Shown in pieces: positions 1 to 9,779 of a stretch of DNA of 64,000 bases. The position numbers and the translations under genes are program-made. The stretch is taken from positions 116,566 through 180,565 of the IMG/VR virus record IMGVR_UViG_3300048694_001005; one strand, written 5' to 3'. The notes beneath the pieces are model-generated. The model was given only the letters and a program-made list of their open reading frames with translations. It ran no database searches and was not told where the DNA came from. Source of the stretch: a virus. How positions within the stretch are numbered: position 1 is the first letter of the stretch; every line of letters begins with the position of its first letter.

Positions 1-274
1 GTAAGTTGAGACTGACACCAGGATACAAAGCATCTAGAGAATTAATTATTTCTAAATTTTGCCTAGCTCGTCTGGTGCGCCCCTTGGCAGCTATTTTTTC
101 AAAATACTCTTTAAGTTCGTTTTTGGTCATAAGTGATTTACTGGTAATTTGTGATTAAAAGTATTTAAGATAAAATATGTCTAATTATATACGTAGTTTA
201 TACCTGATATAAGTAGACACCAGAAAACCCGTCATCAAATAAATATTAATGTATCCTTTTAAGGAGTAACAAAA

Positions 275-892
275 ATGTCAGTAGCAAGTTTAACTAAATT
301 TACAGTACCACTAGCAAGTGATCAAAGCGCCAGCAGCCAGGGCCTGTTAATGCCCAAACTGCAATATCGTTTTAGAGTGACCTTTGAAAACTTTGGTGTC
401 AGTACTCCACGTACAGAATTAACAAAGCAAGTTAACGATTTTAAACGTCCCACAGTTAGCTTTGGTGATATCGTAATTGATACTTACAACAGCAAAGTAA
501 AGCTAATTGGTAAGCCAGAGTGGCAGGATGTTACAGTAACCTTCCGTGACGACATGCAGGGACAGGTCAGCAAACTGATTGGTGAACAGCTACAGAAACA
601 GTTTGATTTCATGGAACAGGCCAGTGCATCTTCTGGTATTGACTACAAGTTCATCACACGTTGCGAAATGCTGGATGGCGGCAATGGTGCAAGCACTCCC
701 ACTGTATTAGAAACTTGGGAACTGTATGGTTGCTTAGTGAGTCAAGTAGATTACCAAACAGTAGACTACAAAAGCAATGATCCAGTTACAATTCAAATGA
801 CCATTAAGTTTGACAACGCAGTGCAAACGCCAGTTGGCACAGGTGTTGGTGCTACAGTAACTCGTGCATTAGGTACTGTAGTAACTGGTTAA
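275..892 (+). CDS. Tail tube protein (T4 gp19-like)
   Basis: 205 aa; KLQYRFRVTF...RPTVSF...W..VTVTFRDD...WELYGC pattern typical of T4-like tube proteins; late-promoter motif upstream, terminator downstream. Confidence 0.8.
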   Translation: MSVASLTKFTVPLASDQSASSQGLLMPKLQYRFRVTFENFGVSTPRTELTKQVNDFKRPTVSFGDIVIDTYNSKVKLIGKPEWQDVTVTFRDDMQGQVSKLIGEQLQKQFDFMEQASASSGIDYKFITRCEMLDGGNGASTPTVLETWELYGCLVSQVDYQTVDYKSNDPVTIQMTIKFDNAVQTPVGTGVGATVTRALGTVVTG

Positions 893-912
893 TAATAACT
901 ATAAGAAATCTT

Positions 913-941
913 AAGCCCGGCTTCAAAAACCGGGCTTTTTC
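913..941 (+). terminator. Rho-independent terminator
   Basis: AAGCCCGG / CCGGGCTT hairpin followed by T-run. Confidence 0.85.
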
Positions 942-959
942 TTATGCATAAATATCTAT

Positions 960-2003
960 ATGTCCATATTAGATAGCATTCTTAAACCTATAACCGGTCT
1001 CACTGGCAGTGGCTTATTAAAGAGCCTGGGCCAAAGCGAGAATATGCGTGATTACCAACATGCTAGTAAATTGTTTGTATCAAATGGTTACGAGCTGTCG
1101 CCAAAAACACAATTTCTTTATCATGTATACTTCAATATTAATTCATCAGCTAGGTCACTGGTTCAAAATTGGGATAGCTTAAAAAAATTAGAAGTAGGAA
1201 TGTTAGTAAAAAGTGTGGACCTTCCCAAATACAAACTTAACACCAAAGTGTTAAATGCTTATAACCGCAAACAGATTGTGCAGAGTAAACTGGATTACGA
1301 ACCGGTACAGTTAGTAATGCATGACGATTCACAAAACGTAGCTCGTGATTTATGGCAAGCTTATCTTAAATATTATTACAGAGATACAGACTATGGCGTT
1401 GACAAGTATAAAGTTATAAACACATATGATCCTAGAATTACTGATCAGTGGGGATATACAATACGTGGTGATACCGGTGCTGCGCAAAACTTTTTTACAA
1501 GTATAAAGATTTACAGCCTTAGTTTGAAAAAATACAGTTTATATGAATTAATTAATCCCAAGATTGACGGTTTTGAACATGGTAGGCACGATGTAAGTCA
1601 GGGCACAGGCACAATGGAACATACCATGCGTGTAAGTTATGAAACTGTGAAGTATAGTCAGGGATATGTAGGCAGTGGTAATGTAAGCGGATTTGCACAA
1701 CAGCATTATGACACACAGCCAAGTCCATTAAGTCCCTTGGGTGGTGGAACAAAAAGTATATTGGGTCCAGGTGGCCTTATTGATAGTGCCGCAAACATTG
1801 CAGATAATTTGGGAGAAGGTAACTTTGGTGCTGCTGCGTTGGGTGCACTACGTGCTAGTCAAAATCTTAAAAACTTTGATTTTAAAGCCGTGGCCAAACA
1901 GGAATCTATAGACAGCATTCGCAATGTTATACGTAATACTGCTAATGGCCCATTTAAATTTCCCAGCCCTAACAGTGAAAAACCTAATCAAGCTACTCCA
2001 TAA
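960..2003 (+). CDS. Tail-tube-fold baseplate/tube initiator-like protein
   Basis: 347 aa; VKSVDLPKY...YNRK...YEPV.L..HDD tube-like motifs; ATAAATA at 948-954. Confidence 0.55.
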   Translation: MSILDSILKPITGLTGSGLLKSLGQSENMRDYQHASKLFVSNGYELSPKTQFLYHVYFNINSSARSLVQNWDSLKKLEVGMLVKSVDLPKYKLNTKVLNAYNRKQIVQSKLDYEPVQLVMHDDSQNVARDLWQAYLKYYYRDTDYGVDKYKVINTYDPRITDQWGYTIRGDTGAAQNFFTSIKIYSLSLKKYSLYELINPKIDGFEHGRHDVSQGTGTMEHTMRVSYETVKYSQGYVGSGNVSGFAQQHYDTQPSPLSPLGGGTKSILGPGGLIDSAANIADNLGEGNFGAAALGALRASQNLKNFDFKAVAKQESIDSIRNVIRNTANGPFKFPSPNSEKPNQATP

Positions 2004-2006
2004 ACT

Positions 2007-2372
2007 ATGGCCAACTACAGCAATTTACCAGTAATAGACAAACCAGAAACACAGAGATATTTTGAAGAATATTTTGTGAAAGAACGTGGAGTCAGTCAGA
2101 ATTTCTACGACAGTGCTATAGCTTTTTTTGAACAACAAACTAATGGCAACAAGTTGGCCGCAGCTAATATTGTTGCTGCATTAATTGAAGTAGTTAAAAC
2201 ACAAAACTTAGACCCAAACGAACTATTAGATAATTTTAGGACCATGAGCATGCAAGACATTAATATGTTCATGGTTACCGCACTAAATTTCAATAGAAAA
2301 AACACAAGCTTTTTGGGATTTAGAACAGTACGTCGCAGCAATGCATTAGTAGATAGAACACTTTTGCCCTAA
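2007..2372 (+). CDS. Hypothetical virion-module protein
   Basis: 121 aa ORF, tightly packed between structural genes. Confidence 0.6.
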   Translation: MANYSNLPVIDKPETQRYFEEYFVKERGVSQNFYDSAIAFFEQQTNGNKLAAANIVAALIEVVKTQNLDPNELLDNFRTMSMQDINMFMVTALNFNRKNTSFLGFRTVRRSNALVDRTLLP

Positions 2373-2809
2373 TGGCCAATAGATTTTTAAAGGGTGAATA
2401 TAAACTACAGAATCCAGAAAAGTATACTGGTACAAGAGCGCCTCTATATAGAAGTTCTTGGGAATATGGGGTCATGCGATTGTTTGATAATAATCCAGCG
2501 GTAATTGCCTGGGCCAGTGAAAGTGTAGTTATACCCTATATAGATCCACTAACTGGGCACAAGAAAAATTATATACCGGATTTTCTCGTAGTTTATCAGG
2601 ATCGCAAGGGTCAAAATCATGCGGAGATAGTGGAAGTCAAACCCAGCAAAGAAGCATCACTAACCGAAGCTAAGAGCATCAGAGACAAGGCCCTAGTAGC
2701 ACGTAATCAAGCTAAATGGCGTGCTGCCACTGCATTTTGCAAAGGTGCCGGCATGAGCTTTAGAGTAGTAACCGAAAACCAAATTTTTGGCGCTGCTCGC
2801 AAGCGGTAA
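2372..2809 (+). CDS. Head completion nuclease (T4 gp4-like, TnsA-type fold)
   Basis: YRSSWE, WASE, Y.PDFLV, EVKP, KW.AA motifs. Confidence 0.8.
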   Translation: MANRFLKGEYKLQNPEKYTGTRAPLYRSSWEYGVMRLFDNNPAVIAWASESVVIPYIDPLTGHKKNYIPDFLVVYQDRKGQNHAEIVEVKPSKEASLTEAKSIRDKALVARNQAKWRAATAFCKGAGMSFRVVTENQIFGAARKR

Positions 2810-2816
2810 ATACAGC

Positions 2817-3308
2817 ATGACCAAACATTTAGAAGAATTGTTCAACATACCACCAACTCCCACTCAGTTAGAAGAAAATTTACCCATAGAAGTATTGGAG
2901 GAAGTTGATGCAGCTTTGGATAAAATAGATAATGCATTGCCGCAAGTGCGAGCATTAGAGTCCAGTGACAGTGAACTAGACGAACTAGCTAATTTGGCCA
3001 AAGACAAGTTTAACGATCTCATGGATCTAGGAATGAATGTAGAACCGCGCATCAGTGGGCAAATATTTCAAACTGCTGGTGTGCTTTTAGGACATGCCAT
3101 AACTGCCAAACAGGCAAAGATAGACAAAAAACTGCGTATGGTACAGTTACAAATACAAAAAGCTAGGCTGGATAAAACAAATAATTCAGCACCGGCCGGG
3201 GCGCAACCTGCAGAACCAGAGGAAATTGAGGGCAAAGCTACGGTAATAGATCGTAATAGCTTGTTAAAAACTATACTTGCAGAAGCAAAAAAGAATGAAA
3301 ACGAATAA
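2817..3308 (+). CDS. Conserved hypothetical protein (helical)
   Basis: ATG at 2817 just after TAAATA; MTKHLEELFNI start. Confidence 0.6.
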   Translation: MTKHLEELFNIPPTPTQLEENLPIEVLEEVDAALDKIDNALPQVRALESSDSELDELANLAKDKFNDLMDLGMNVEPRISGQIFQTAGVLLGHAITAKQAKIDKKLRMVQLQIQKARLDKTNNSAPAGAQPAEPEEIEGKATVIDRNSLLKTILAEAKKNENE

Positions 3309-3330
3309 ATATTGTGATAGGATAAAGACA

Positions 3331-3924
3331 ATGAAATCACTAACCCATTACCTAACCGAAAGTGCAAGAACCTACAGTTTTAAAATAAAGATTGCTGTAG
3401 ATAGCCTAACTGATGAACAAATTGATGCTATAGAGCAACAACTACAGGCATACAAATTGGTCAACATAAGCAAACCAAAACGACTGCCCATTCAACAAAA
3501 TCCCTTGGGTTTTGAACATTTGGGTGCTGTTACTGTACAAGCTATGGAAGCTGAACTAGCTTACCCAGCAACTGATGTACAGGTAAAAGAAGCTGTAAGA
3601 CTGGGTTGCAAATGTGCTGGCAATCACATTTATGTTGGTAGCGAAGCGCAAGAGCAAGATACTGTTCGTTTAGACCTGGACGAAAAAGATGGCAAGCCCA
3701 TACTAATGCAGGATTATGATAAAAGTGATCCCAAAGTAAAAGAACTTTATGGTGATGAAAACATTAAGATCATACTAAAAGATTTTGACAGCAAGAAACG
3801 CAAGTATGAATTTGAAGTAGTTAACAACACCGAAGCAAAAAGCACGAATGATTTACCGCAGGGTAAGATGAGTCCTGTTGGCAGTACGCAAAACAAGATT
3901 CCAGACCCATATAAGAACCGTTAA
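3331..3924 (+). CDS. Putative virion protein
   Basis: ATG at 3331 after ATAAATA; N-terminus MKSLTHYLTES. Confidence 0.55.
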   Translation: MKSLTHYLTESARTYSFKIKIAVDSLTDEQIDAIEQQLQAYKLVNISKPKRLPIQQNPLGFEHLGAVTVQAMEAELAYPATDVQVKEAVRLGCKCAGNHIYVGSEAQEQDTVRLDLDEKDGKPILMQDYDKSDPKVKELYGDENIKIILKDFDSKKRKYEFEVVNNTEAKSTNDLPQGKMSPVGSTQNKIPDPYKNR

Positions 3925-3935
3925 GGACCTGTACC

Positions 3936-5594
3936 ATGAAAATGATAAACGTATTGAACAAGCTAACTGAACTAAGCAAAGAAAACACCAGTCCCGATGT
4001 CAAACAGGCCCTGGAAAGTACACGTAAGATAAATGGTGATGCTAACCTACAGGTCATTGAAGAACACATCGTGGAAGGTCGCATTGACGATTTGAACGAT
4101 CGTCGCGCAGCTAAAAAACGCAAAAGCAAAAAGCACAAAGACAAAGCTGGCACCAAGGAAAAGCCACGTATGGTCAAGGGTCATCGTTATGGTGGTAGCA
4201 AACAAAAAGATGATGATGACAGAGAAGATTTGGATGAAAGCGATGAGCTAGCACGCCGCGCTGATTTACGCGCCAAGTCTGGTGAAGGTATTTTGACTAA
4301 GAGAAAATATGGTCCTGAATACAAAGCTCACATGCGCAATAAAAAGAATTTAAAGCAGGATCCTTACAAGATTGCTGGACCAAAAGGTGCATTGCCCGAA
4401 TCAGAAGTGCAAGAAGTAATCACTAAGAAAACACCTGCTGGTGAGATCATTAGTGATTTCCAAAAGAGCAAGAACCCAAAGTTTAAGGGTAAGAGCAAAG
4501 CCAAGCGCAAGGACATGGCGCTGGGAGCATACTATGGCATGCATCCCGAAAAAAGCAAAGTTAAAGAAACAGCAATGACACCCAAGCAAAAGAAATTCGC
4601 AGCATTAGCAAAGCCTACGAACAAAATTACCTATGCTGACAAAATTGCTGGCGCACGTAAGAACACTGGAGTAAAAGAAACTAAACTAACACCCAAGCAA
4701 ATGAAGATTGCTAAAGCAGCCAAGCCAACCAATGCAATTACCGGTGCTGATTTTGCAGCATTGCGTAAGGGACGTAAAGTTGAAAGCGCATTAGTTCGTG
4801 AAGGTACTGAGCGCAAAGCTAAAAACCTAACTGAAAGCAAAATGATCACAGAGACCAATGATTTGGTTGACTTGAGAAAACTAGCTGGCTTAAATGAATG
4901 CGGCATGATGGGTACCACAATGGGTGCACATACACCAGCAAACATCAGTATTAATGCAAGTGCAGCCAGCGGCAGTGAAGTAGCCAGCATGATGCGTGAC
5001 TTGATGCGTTTAGCCGGTGGCGAAACTTCGGCACATGTGCCCGAGATTGCAGTAATGGATGGTGCAGCCTGCGGTGGTATGGAAGAAATGGTGGATGAAA
5101 GCGAACAAGACGGACACTTTGCTGATGCTACCACAGAACCAGCAGAGCAAGTATTTGACGAGAATCCAGTTGTTTCAATGACTGGTAAACAAGTGCAAAC
5201 ACCCAATGGTAATGCACGTCAAAACGACAATCCACTAGAAGAAAGTCTTTGGAAAAAATACCAAGCACAGGTAAACGAAGGATTCGATCCTGAAAGTTTT
5301 GAAGGCAGCACAGATGTAACTTGGATTGGTGACGATGGTGAAGAAGTGGAGGGATATGTAAATTATATCGCTACACCTGATCCACAAACCGGACATTTAC
5401 ATGTTAAGTTAACTGGTGGTGCTGTAACTGGTAACAATATTGCTGCTAAAGTTGACGATCACATGATTCAGTATCTAATCACTGATCCAGACTACAGTGC
5501 GGAATATCAACAGGCTGCTGAACAGGATGCACAAGCACAGTGGGACTCACGTGACGCTAAACAGCACGACTTGGGCGATCCAGCAGCTATGTAA
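3936..5594 (+). CDS. Putative internal head protein, modular/repetitive
   Basis: 552 aa, Lys-rich segments separated by hydrophobic-x-E sites; two VKET..TPKQ.K.A..AKPTN.IT.AD repeats. Confidence 0.55.
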   Translation: MKMINVLNKLTELSKENTSPDVKQALESTRKINGDANLQVIEEHIVEGRIDDLNDRRAAKKRKSKKHKDKAGTKEKPRMVKGHRYGGSKQKDDDDREDLDESDELARRADLRAKSGEGILTKRKYGPEYKAHMRNKKNLKQDPYKIAGPKGALPESEVQEVITKKTPAGEIISDFQKSKNPKFKGKSKAKRKDMALGAYYGMHPEKSKVKETAMTPKQKKFAALAKPTNKITYADKIAGARKNTGVKETKLTPKQMKIAKAAKPTNAITGADFAALRKGRKVESALVREGTERKAKNLTESKMITETNDLVDLRKLAGLNECGMMGTTMGAHTPANISINASAASGSEVASMMRDLMRLAGGETSAHVPEIAVMDGAACGGMEEMVDESEQDGHFADATTEPAEQVFDENPVVSMTGKQVQTPNGNARQNDNPLEESLWKKYQAQVNEGFDPESFEGSTDVTWIGDDGEEVEGYVNYIATPDPQTGHLHVKLTGGAVTGNNIAAKVDDHMIQYLITDPDYSAEYQQAAEQDAQAQWDSRDAKQHDLGDPAAM

Positions 5595-5608
5595 TTTCAA
5601 AGCAATGA

Positions 5609-6046
5609 ATGATTGTTTATTCAAATTCTGTGGACACCTACGTTTTAAGTCGGTTGTCTGAACTCAAACGAATCCGCCGTGGCTATCATGCCACGGCAGT
5701 GCCCTGGTACTATCAATGCAATGTGAACAACTGGGATTGCCTTAGTGGGTTTCCAGTTGACATCACTAGTGTTAAACTAGTCAAAGTATCAGCAAAGCTA
5801 TACAAAAAAACGGCAGTTAATTCTCTCACCTTGGCCAAGACTGAAGCCCTGGACTTTGACTGTGTTCGTATTGCGATACCACTTAGCGATCAAGGGCATT
5901 ATGAGCTGCATGCTGGTGCTGACACCGTGTCGCTAAAATATGGGCGTGTTTATGTGTTCACAGCAGTGGATACTATGAAATTATCAGTTAAAAAACTCAG
6001 CAGTAAAGACTATTACCTATTGATGATTGATTGCATATTAGTATAA
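5609..6046 (+). CDS. Hypothetical protein
   Basis: 145 aa ORF filling the gap between late genes. Confidence 0.5.
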   Translation: MIVYSNSVDTYVLSRLSELKRIRRGYHATAVPWYYQCNVNNWDCLSGFPVDITSVKLVKVSAKLYKKTAVNSLTLAKTEALDFDCVRIAIPLSDQGHYELHAGADTVSLKYGRVYVFTAVDTMKLSVKKLSSKDYYLLMIDCILV

Positions 6047-6071
6047 ATACTGATATCCTGAGGACAGAAAC

Positions 6072-8786
6072 ATGCATGTATTAGATTTATTTGGTGAAGA
6101 GTCGCAGCCGTTAAATGAGGGTTCGGTAAAGAATAGAGATATCGAGCGTCAAGACTATGAAAACATGTCAGGACGAGAATTTTTGGCGGCTTATAAAATG
6201 GGCAAAGCAGAATGGGCGCTTAAAAACCCTGACATTGTGCCAAAAAAATCTAAACCCAAAACCACCAACGAAGCTAAACCTGTGGCACATAGTATTGAAC
6301 ATGCTGTTTGGAGTAAAAAGTCCCCTGATGAACAAAAGTTTTTGAAACAGTTGCATCCCGACTTAAAAATCAAAAACGTACCACCAGCACCACGTCCTGA
6401 GCGAGTTAAAAAGACACCAATTGATTACGCCGCTATTGCGCGTAAAGCCGAGAATGTCTGGGGCAATATATTTCCTGATGGCGATCCCGTAGATTGGATG
6501 TATCCGTATTTAAAACGCATGGGTATTCCTGCTGAAAAGCAATACAAGGTATTGGATCGAGCTATTAGATTGCATGTAGACAAAAAAGGTTATGATCATT
6601 GGTTGGAATCAAGCTGGGATCAAGTAGCTGACGACAATATGATGCCAGGTACGGTTACTCGTGAAAATAATCCATGGCGAGTTTCTGAAGGTGTGACAGA
6701 AAATAGCGGAGACACAAGGGCTAAACTGGCCAAAATCATTGCACGTGAAATGAAGACAGCAAAGTCCAGTGAGTTGACAAAGACACAACGCAAACACGCA
6801 TTCGCGGTACTAACACGCGCCAAAGAAGCTAAACGTATGTTGGATGCTGGTGCAGATGAATCCACAGCATGGGCACACTTCCAAGGTACCAAGCAGGAAA
6901 TGGCGGAAGGCAAATGGTTCCGCACCACTTATGGTTGGGCCGGTGGTGAGAAGCCTGGTGGCGGCAAATATGTTCATCCTGAGGTCGCAGCCGAACGTCG
7001 CCGTGAAAAAGCCAAGAAAAAGCGTGAACAGGAACGACAAGCAAAGTCAGGTACAGGTGCCAAACCTACTACCAGTACACATTGCCCGGGCTGTTACAGT
7101 ACCGATATCAAAACCTACAGTGATGGTGAGAAAGAATGCCATCAATGCGGTAAAACTTGGCATGTTTTTGGAAATAGAATTTTTATAGATCATCAGGGCG
7201 AATGGGAGGAGAAAATCAGTAAAGTTTGGCCAAGATCACAGATAGAATACTCCGGCGAAGATATGTATGCCGCTCGTCTAACAAATGGTTATCTCGTAGG
7301 AGCATTCAAAATAGATCAAGGTGGTTGGATAGAAAAGCCAAGGAAAGGTGTGGCGGAAGGCTCCAAAACTCCTTGGAAAGATTTAGATAAACCTTTTGAC
7401 CGAGATGTTAAAAAAATGAAAAACCAAGGCAGCGCCAATCCATTGTACAAAAAGAAGGTTGGTGAGCAAGGTGTGGCGGAAGGCTCGGCGTATCAACATC
7501 ATGTTGTATCAAAATTAGATGGCAATGTATTGGCTTCTTATAAGACGCGAGAAGAAGCTCAGAAAAATGCTCATGGTAATCCAGTTGTTTCTGGTTCTTT
7601 AGAGACCATTGGTGATAGACAATATACCAGAGAGCAAGGTGTGGCGGAAGGCTATTGGCAAGATGCCATACAGGATGTGGAAGCAGCACGTAAAGCACGT
7701 AAAGGCAAACCGTTTGAAAAGAATCCGCTAAGCCATGATGAACAGGGAGTTTACATCGGTGATAAGGATTTAGCTGGCAATCCTGTACCTAAACCCAACG
7801 AAAAGGACGTGGCAGAAGCTAAGCCAGGACTGTATGCCAATGTACAGGCCAAGCGCAGGAGAATCAAACAGGGATCTGGGGAGCGTATGCGCAAGCCTGG
7901 AACTAAGGGCGCACCCACTGCACAAGCTTGGCGCGATGCAGCAAAAACAGCTAAGAAGGAAAGCATGGAGGAAAACATGAAACTTGTTGAATATTTGACA
8001 CGTCCCGGAGAATCATTTGACGCAATTTTAGGTCTTAATGTTTTCGCTGATCTAGTAGGTGATGTTCAAGACATGGATGAAATGTTTGGAGAAAGTAGAG
8101 AATGGCGCAGGATTAGAAAGAAATACACCAAGATAGCCAAATACTATATTGATCTAGTTAACCAAATTTCCGCCACAGGTAGAAAGCTGACAAAGGAAGA
8201 GTCAGACGCTATTGAAATTTGGTGGTATGATGGCAATGATATGTATGATGATGAAGAAATGTCTGGATTGGCGGAAACATACGATGGCCAACTTAAATTA
8301 GTTGAAAGACTAATTGGATCAGGACAATCGGGAGTGACCGAAGATTTGATGAATGAACTGTCCCGAGACACGCTAAAGAGTTATTTTGGTAAACGCATGG
8401 CATCAGCCACGTCCATGGACAAACGCAAAAATTTTAAAAAGGCTACTAAAATCATCAAAACTAATTTACCACTTGCTATGAAAAAACTTAAAGATCCAGC
8501 GTATGGTAAAGCTACGCCCAAATTAGTTGATGAAGCTGCCTTACCAGAAGAACTGTTTAAGACTACATCAGAAATCAATAACCCAACTGATGCCGTAAAA
8601 ATGGATATCCCTCTACTGATTAGAATTATGGAATACGCACGTGAAGATGCCAAAACTGACTTAGAGCTGCATGATGTAGCAGAACGATTAATTAGTTTGG
8701 GCAAGGCAGGTAACACATTAAGCATGCGTGACTATGATAAGATTGTTGGCACTGATGCAAAGGCAATGATCAATAACAAACTATGA
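6072..8786 (+). CDS. Putative internal head polyprotein with GVAEG-type junctions
   Basis: 904 aa after TATAAATA (6042-6049); repeated V[AT]E[GADN] junctions between unrelated short modules. Confidence 0.6.
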   Translation: MHVLDLFGEESQPLNEGSVKNRDIERQDYENMSGREFLAAYKMGKAEWALKNPDIVPKKSKPKTTNEAKPVAHSIEHAVWSKKSPDEQKFLKQLHPDLKIKNVPPAPRPERVKKTPIDYAAIARKAENVWGNIFPDGDPVDWMYPYLKRMGIPAEKQYKVLDRAIRLHVDKKGYDHWLESSWDQVADDNMMPGTVTRENNPWRVSEGVTENSGDTRAKLAKIIAREMKTAKSSELTKTQRKHAFAVLTRAKEAKRMLDAGADESTAWAHFQGTKQEMAEGKWFRTTYGWAGGEKPGGGKYVHPEVAAERRREKAKKKREQERQAKSGTGAKPTTSTHCPGCYSTDIKTYSDGEKECHQCGKTWHVFGNRIFIDHQGEWEEKISKVWPRSQIEYSGEDMYAARLTNGYLVGAFKIDQGGWIEKPRKGVAEGSKTPWKDLDKPFDRDVKKMKNQGSANPLYKKKVGEQGVAEGSAYQHHVVSKLDGNVLASYKTREEAQKNAHGNPVVSGSLETIGDRQYTREQGVAEGYWQDAIQDVEAARKARKGKPFEKNPLSHDEQGVYIGDKDLAGNPVPKPNEKDVAEAKPGLYANVQAKRRRIKQGSGERMRKPGTKGAPTAQAWRDAAKTAKKESMEENMKLVEYLTRPGESFDAILGLNVFADLVGDVQDMDEMFGESREWRRIRKKYTKIAKYYIDLVNQISATGRKLTKEESDAIEIWWYDGNDMYDDEEMSGLAETYDGQLKLVERLIGSGQSGVTEDLMNELSRDTLKSYFGKRMASATSMDKRKNFKKATKIIKTNLPLAMKKLKDPAYGKATPKLVDEAALPEELFKTTSEINNPTDAVKMDIPLLIRIMEYAREDAKTDLELHDVAERLISLGKAGNTLSMRDYDKIVGTDAKAMINNKL
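7346..7653 (+). repeat. Dispersed direct repeats AGGTGTGGCGGAAGGCT (x3) encoding GVAEG
   Basis: Exact 17-mers at 7346, 7469, 7637; 22-mer GAGCAAGGTGTGGCGGAAGGCT at 7464 and 7632; partial copy at 6901-6911. Confidence 0.9.
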
Positions 8787-8944
8787 GCCCAAAAGAGCAG
8801 CGTAACGCTTATATTCAATACCTTTTAATGAAGGTTGAGCAAGCTGACTGGCATGGTGTAAGTGATGCCGCAAATGACCTGCGTGAACTAGAAGCTCGTT
8901 ACACTGCATTGCGCGATGAGGAAATAAACCTGAATAGATCATGA
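8783..8944 (+). CDS. Small hypothetical protein (53 aa, not in ORF track)
   Basis: MSPKEQRNAYIQYLL...; ATGA overlaps with both neighbours. Confidence 0.6.
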   Translation: MSPKEQRNAYIQYLLMKVEQADWHGVSDAANDLRELEARYTALRDEEINLNRS

Positions 8945-9447
8945 GCAACTATCAAATCTATCTACAGACCTGTAGAGAATTGGTAATTGAAGCGGAATCA
9001 TCAGCCCATCTTGATCTTAATGACAGCGTGAACGCATATTTGGTTGCATTGCTAGCCAAAAATTTTGACAAACCCAACTGTATACAATACAATTACGATC
9101 TATTAACTCGCACCACTAGCAAAGAAGACAGCTATCTAGCACGTACCGAATGTGTAGCGGCCGCGGAACAATGTTTAATGATTAGTGGCATTACACCATT
9201 TGTTGCAGAACGACGTGGCATTGAGCCCAAGCATTTCACTCAATGTGGTCGCACTTTTTATCACAGAGCAGCACATTGCACTAGACCACCTGATGATTTT
9301 ATGACTGAACTTGCTGGGCAATTTGCTGTTATGCGTGACATTGTAGGCACTGCATTTGACCGCGGAATTAAAACATTTGCGCAGCGTAGACAGCTTGTGG
9401 CGGCAGGAAGCTGTGCCATCAAACACTACTCTATAAATATCAAGTAA
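8941..9447 (+). CDS. Hypothetical protein
   Basis: 168 aa ORF coupled to upstream gene. Confidence 0.55.
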   Translation: MSNYQIYLQTCRELVIEAESSAHLDLNDSVNAYLVALLAKNFDKPNCIQYNYDLLTRTTSKEDSYLARTECVAAAEQCLMISGITPFVAERRGIEPKHFTQCGRTFYHRAAHCTRPPDDFMTELAGQFAVMRDIVGTAFDRGIKTFAQRRQLVAAGSCAIKHYSINIK

Positions 9448-9518
9448 TTTAGTTTTGCTCAAATTGCTAGATTTAATCATCACATTCATATACAATTTAA
9501 TTTCAAAGGAGACTTATA

Positions 9519-9779
9519 ATGAGTAACAGAGTAATCACTGCTGAACAAAAGGCCAAACTAAATCAGCTTTTCAATGAAGGGATTTCGGTCCTTACAGAAA
9601 TCGAGGATTTGACCGCTGGACTAAACGATACTATCAAAGCAGTGGCAGAAGAAATGGAAATTAAACCTGCCGTGCTAAAGAAGGCAATTAAAATTGCTAA
9701 GAAAAGCGAATTCGGCAAAGAAACCGAAGATCACGAATTGCTGGAAACCATTCTTACTACGGTGGGACGTACTGTTTAA
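9519..9779 (+). CDS. dsDNA-binding protein (T4 DsbA-like)
   Basis: 86 aa; strong SD AAGGAG; IK.VAEE.EIKP.VLKKAIK pattern; directly before polymerase. Confidence 0.6.
   Translation: MSNRVITAEQKAKLNQLFNEGISVLTEIEDLTAGLNDTIKAVAEEMEIKPAVLKKAIKIAKKSEFGKETEDHELLETILTTVGRTV

Noticed and set aside
7346-7653. Repeats as a CRISPR array
   Set aside because: Only 17-22 bp, irregular spacing (about 120-170 bp), in frame inside a long ORF and encoding GVAEG; no cas genes in the window.
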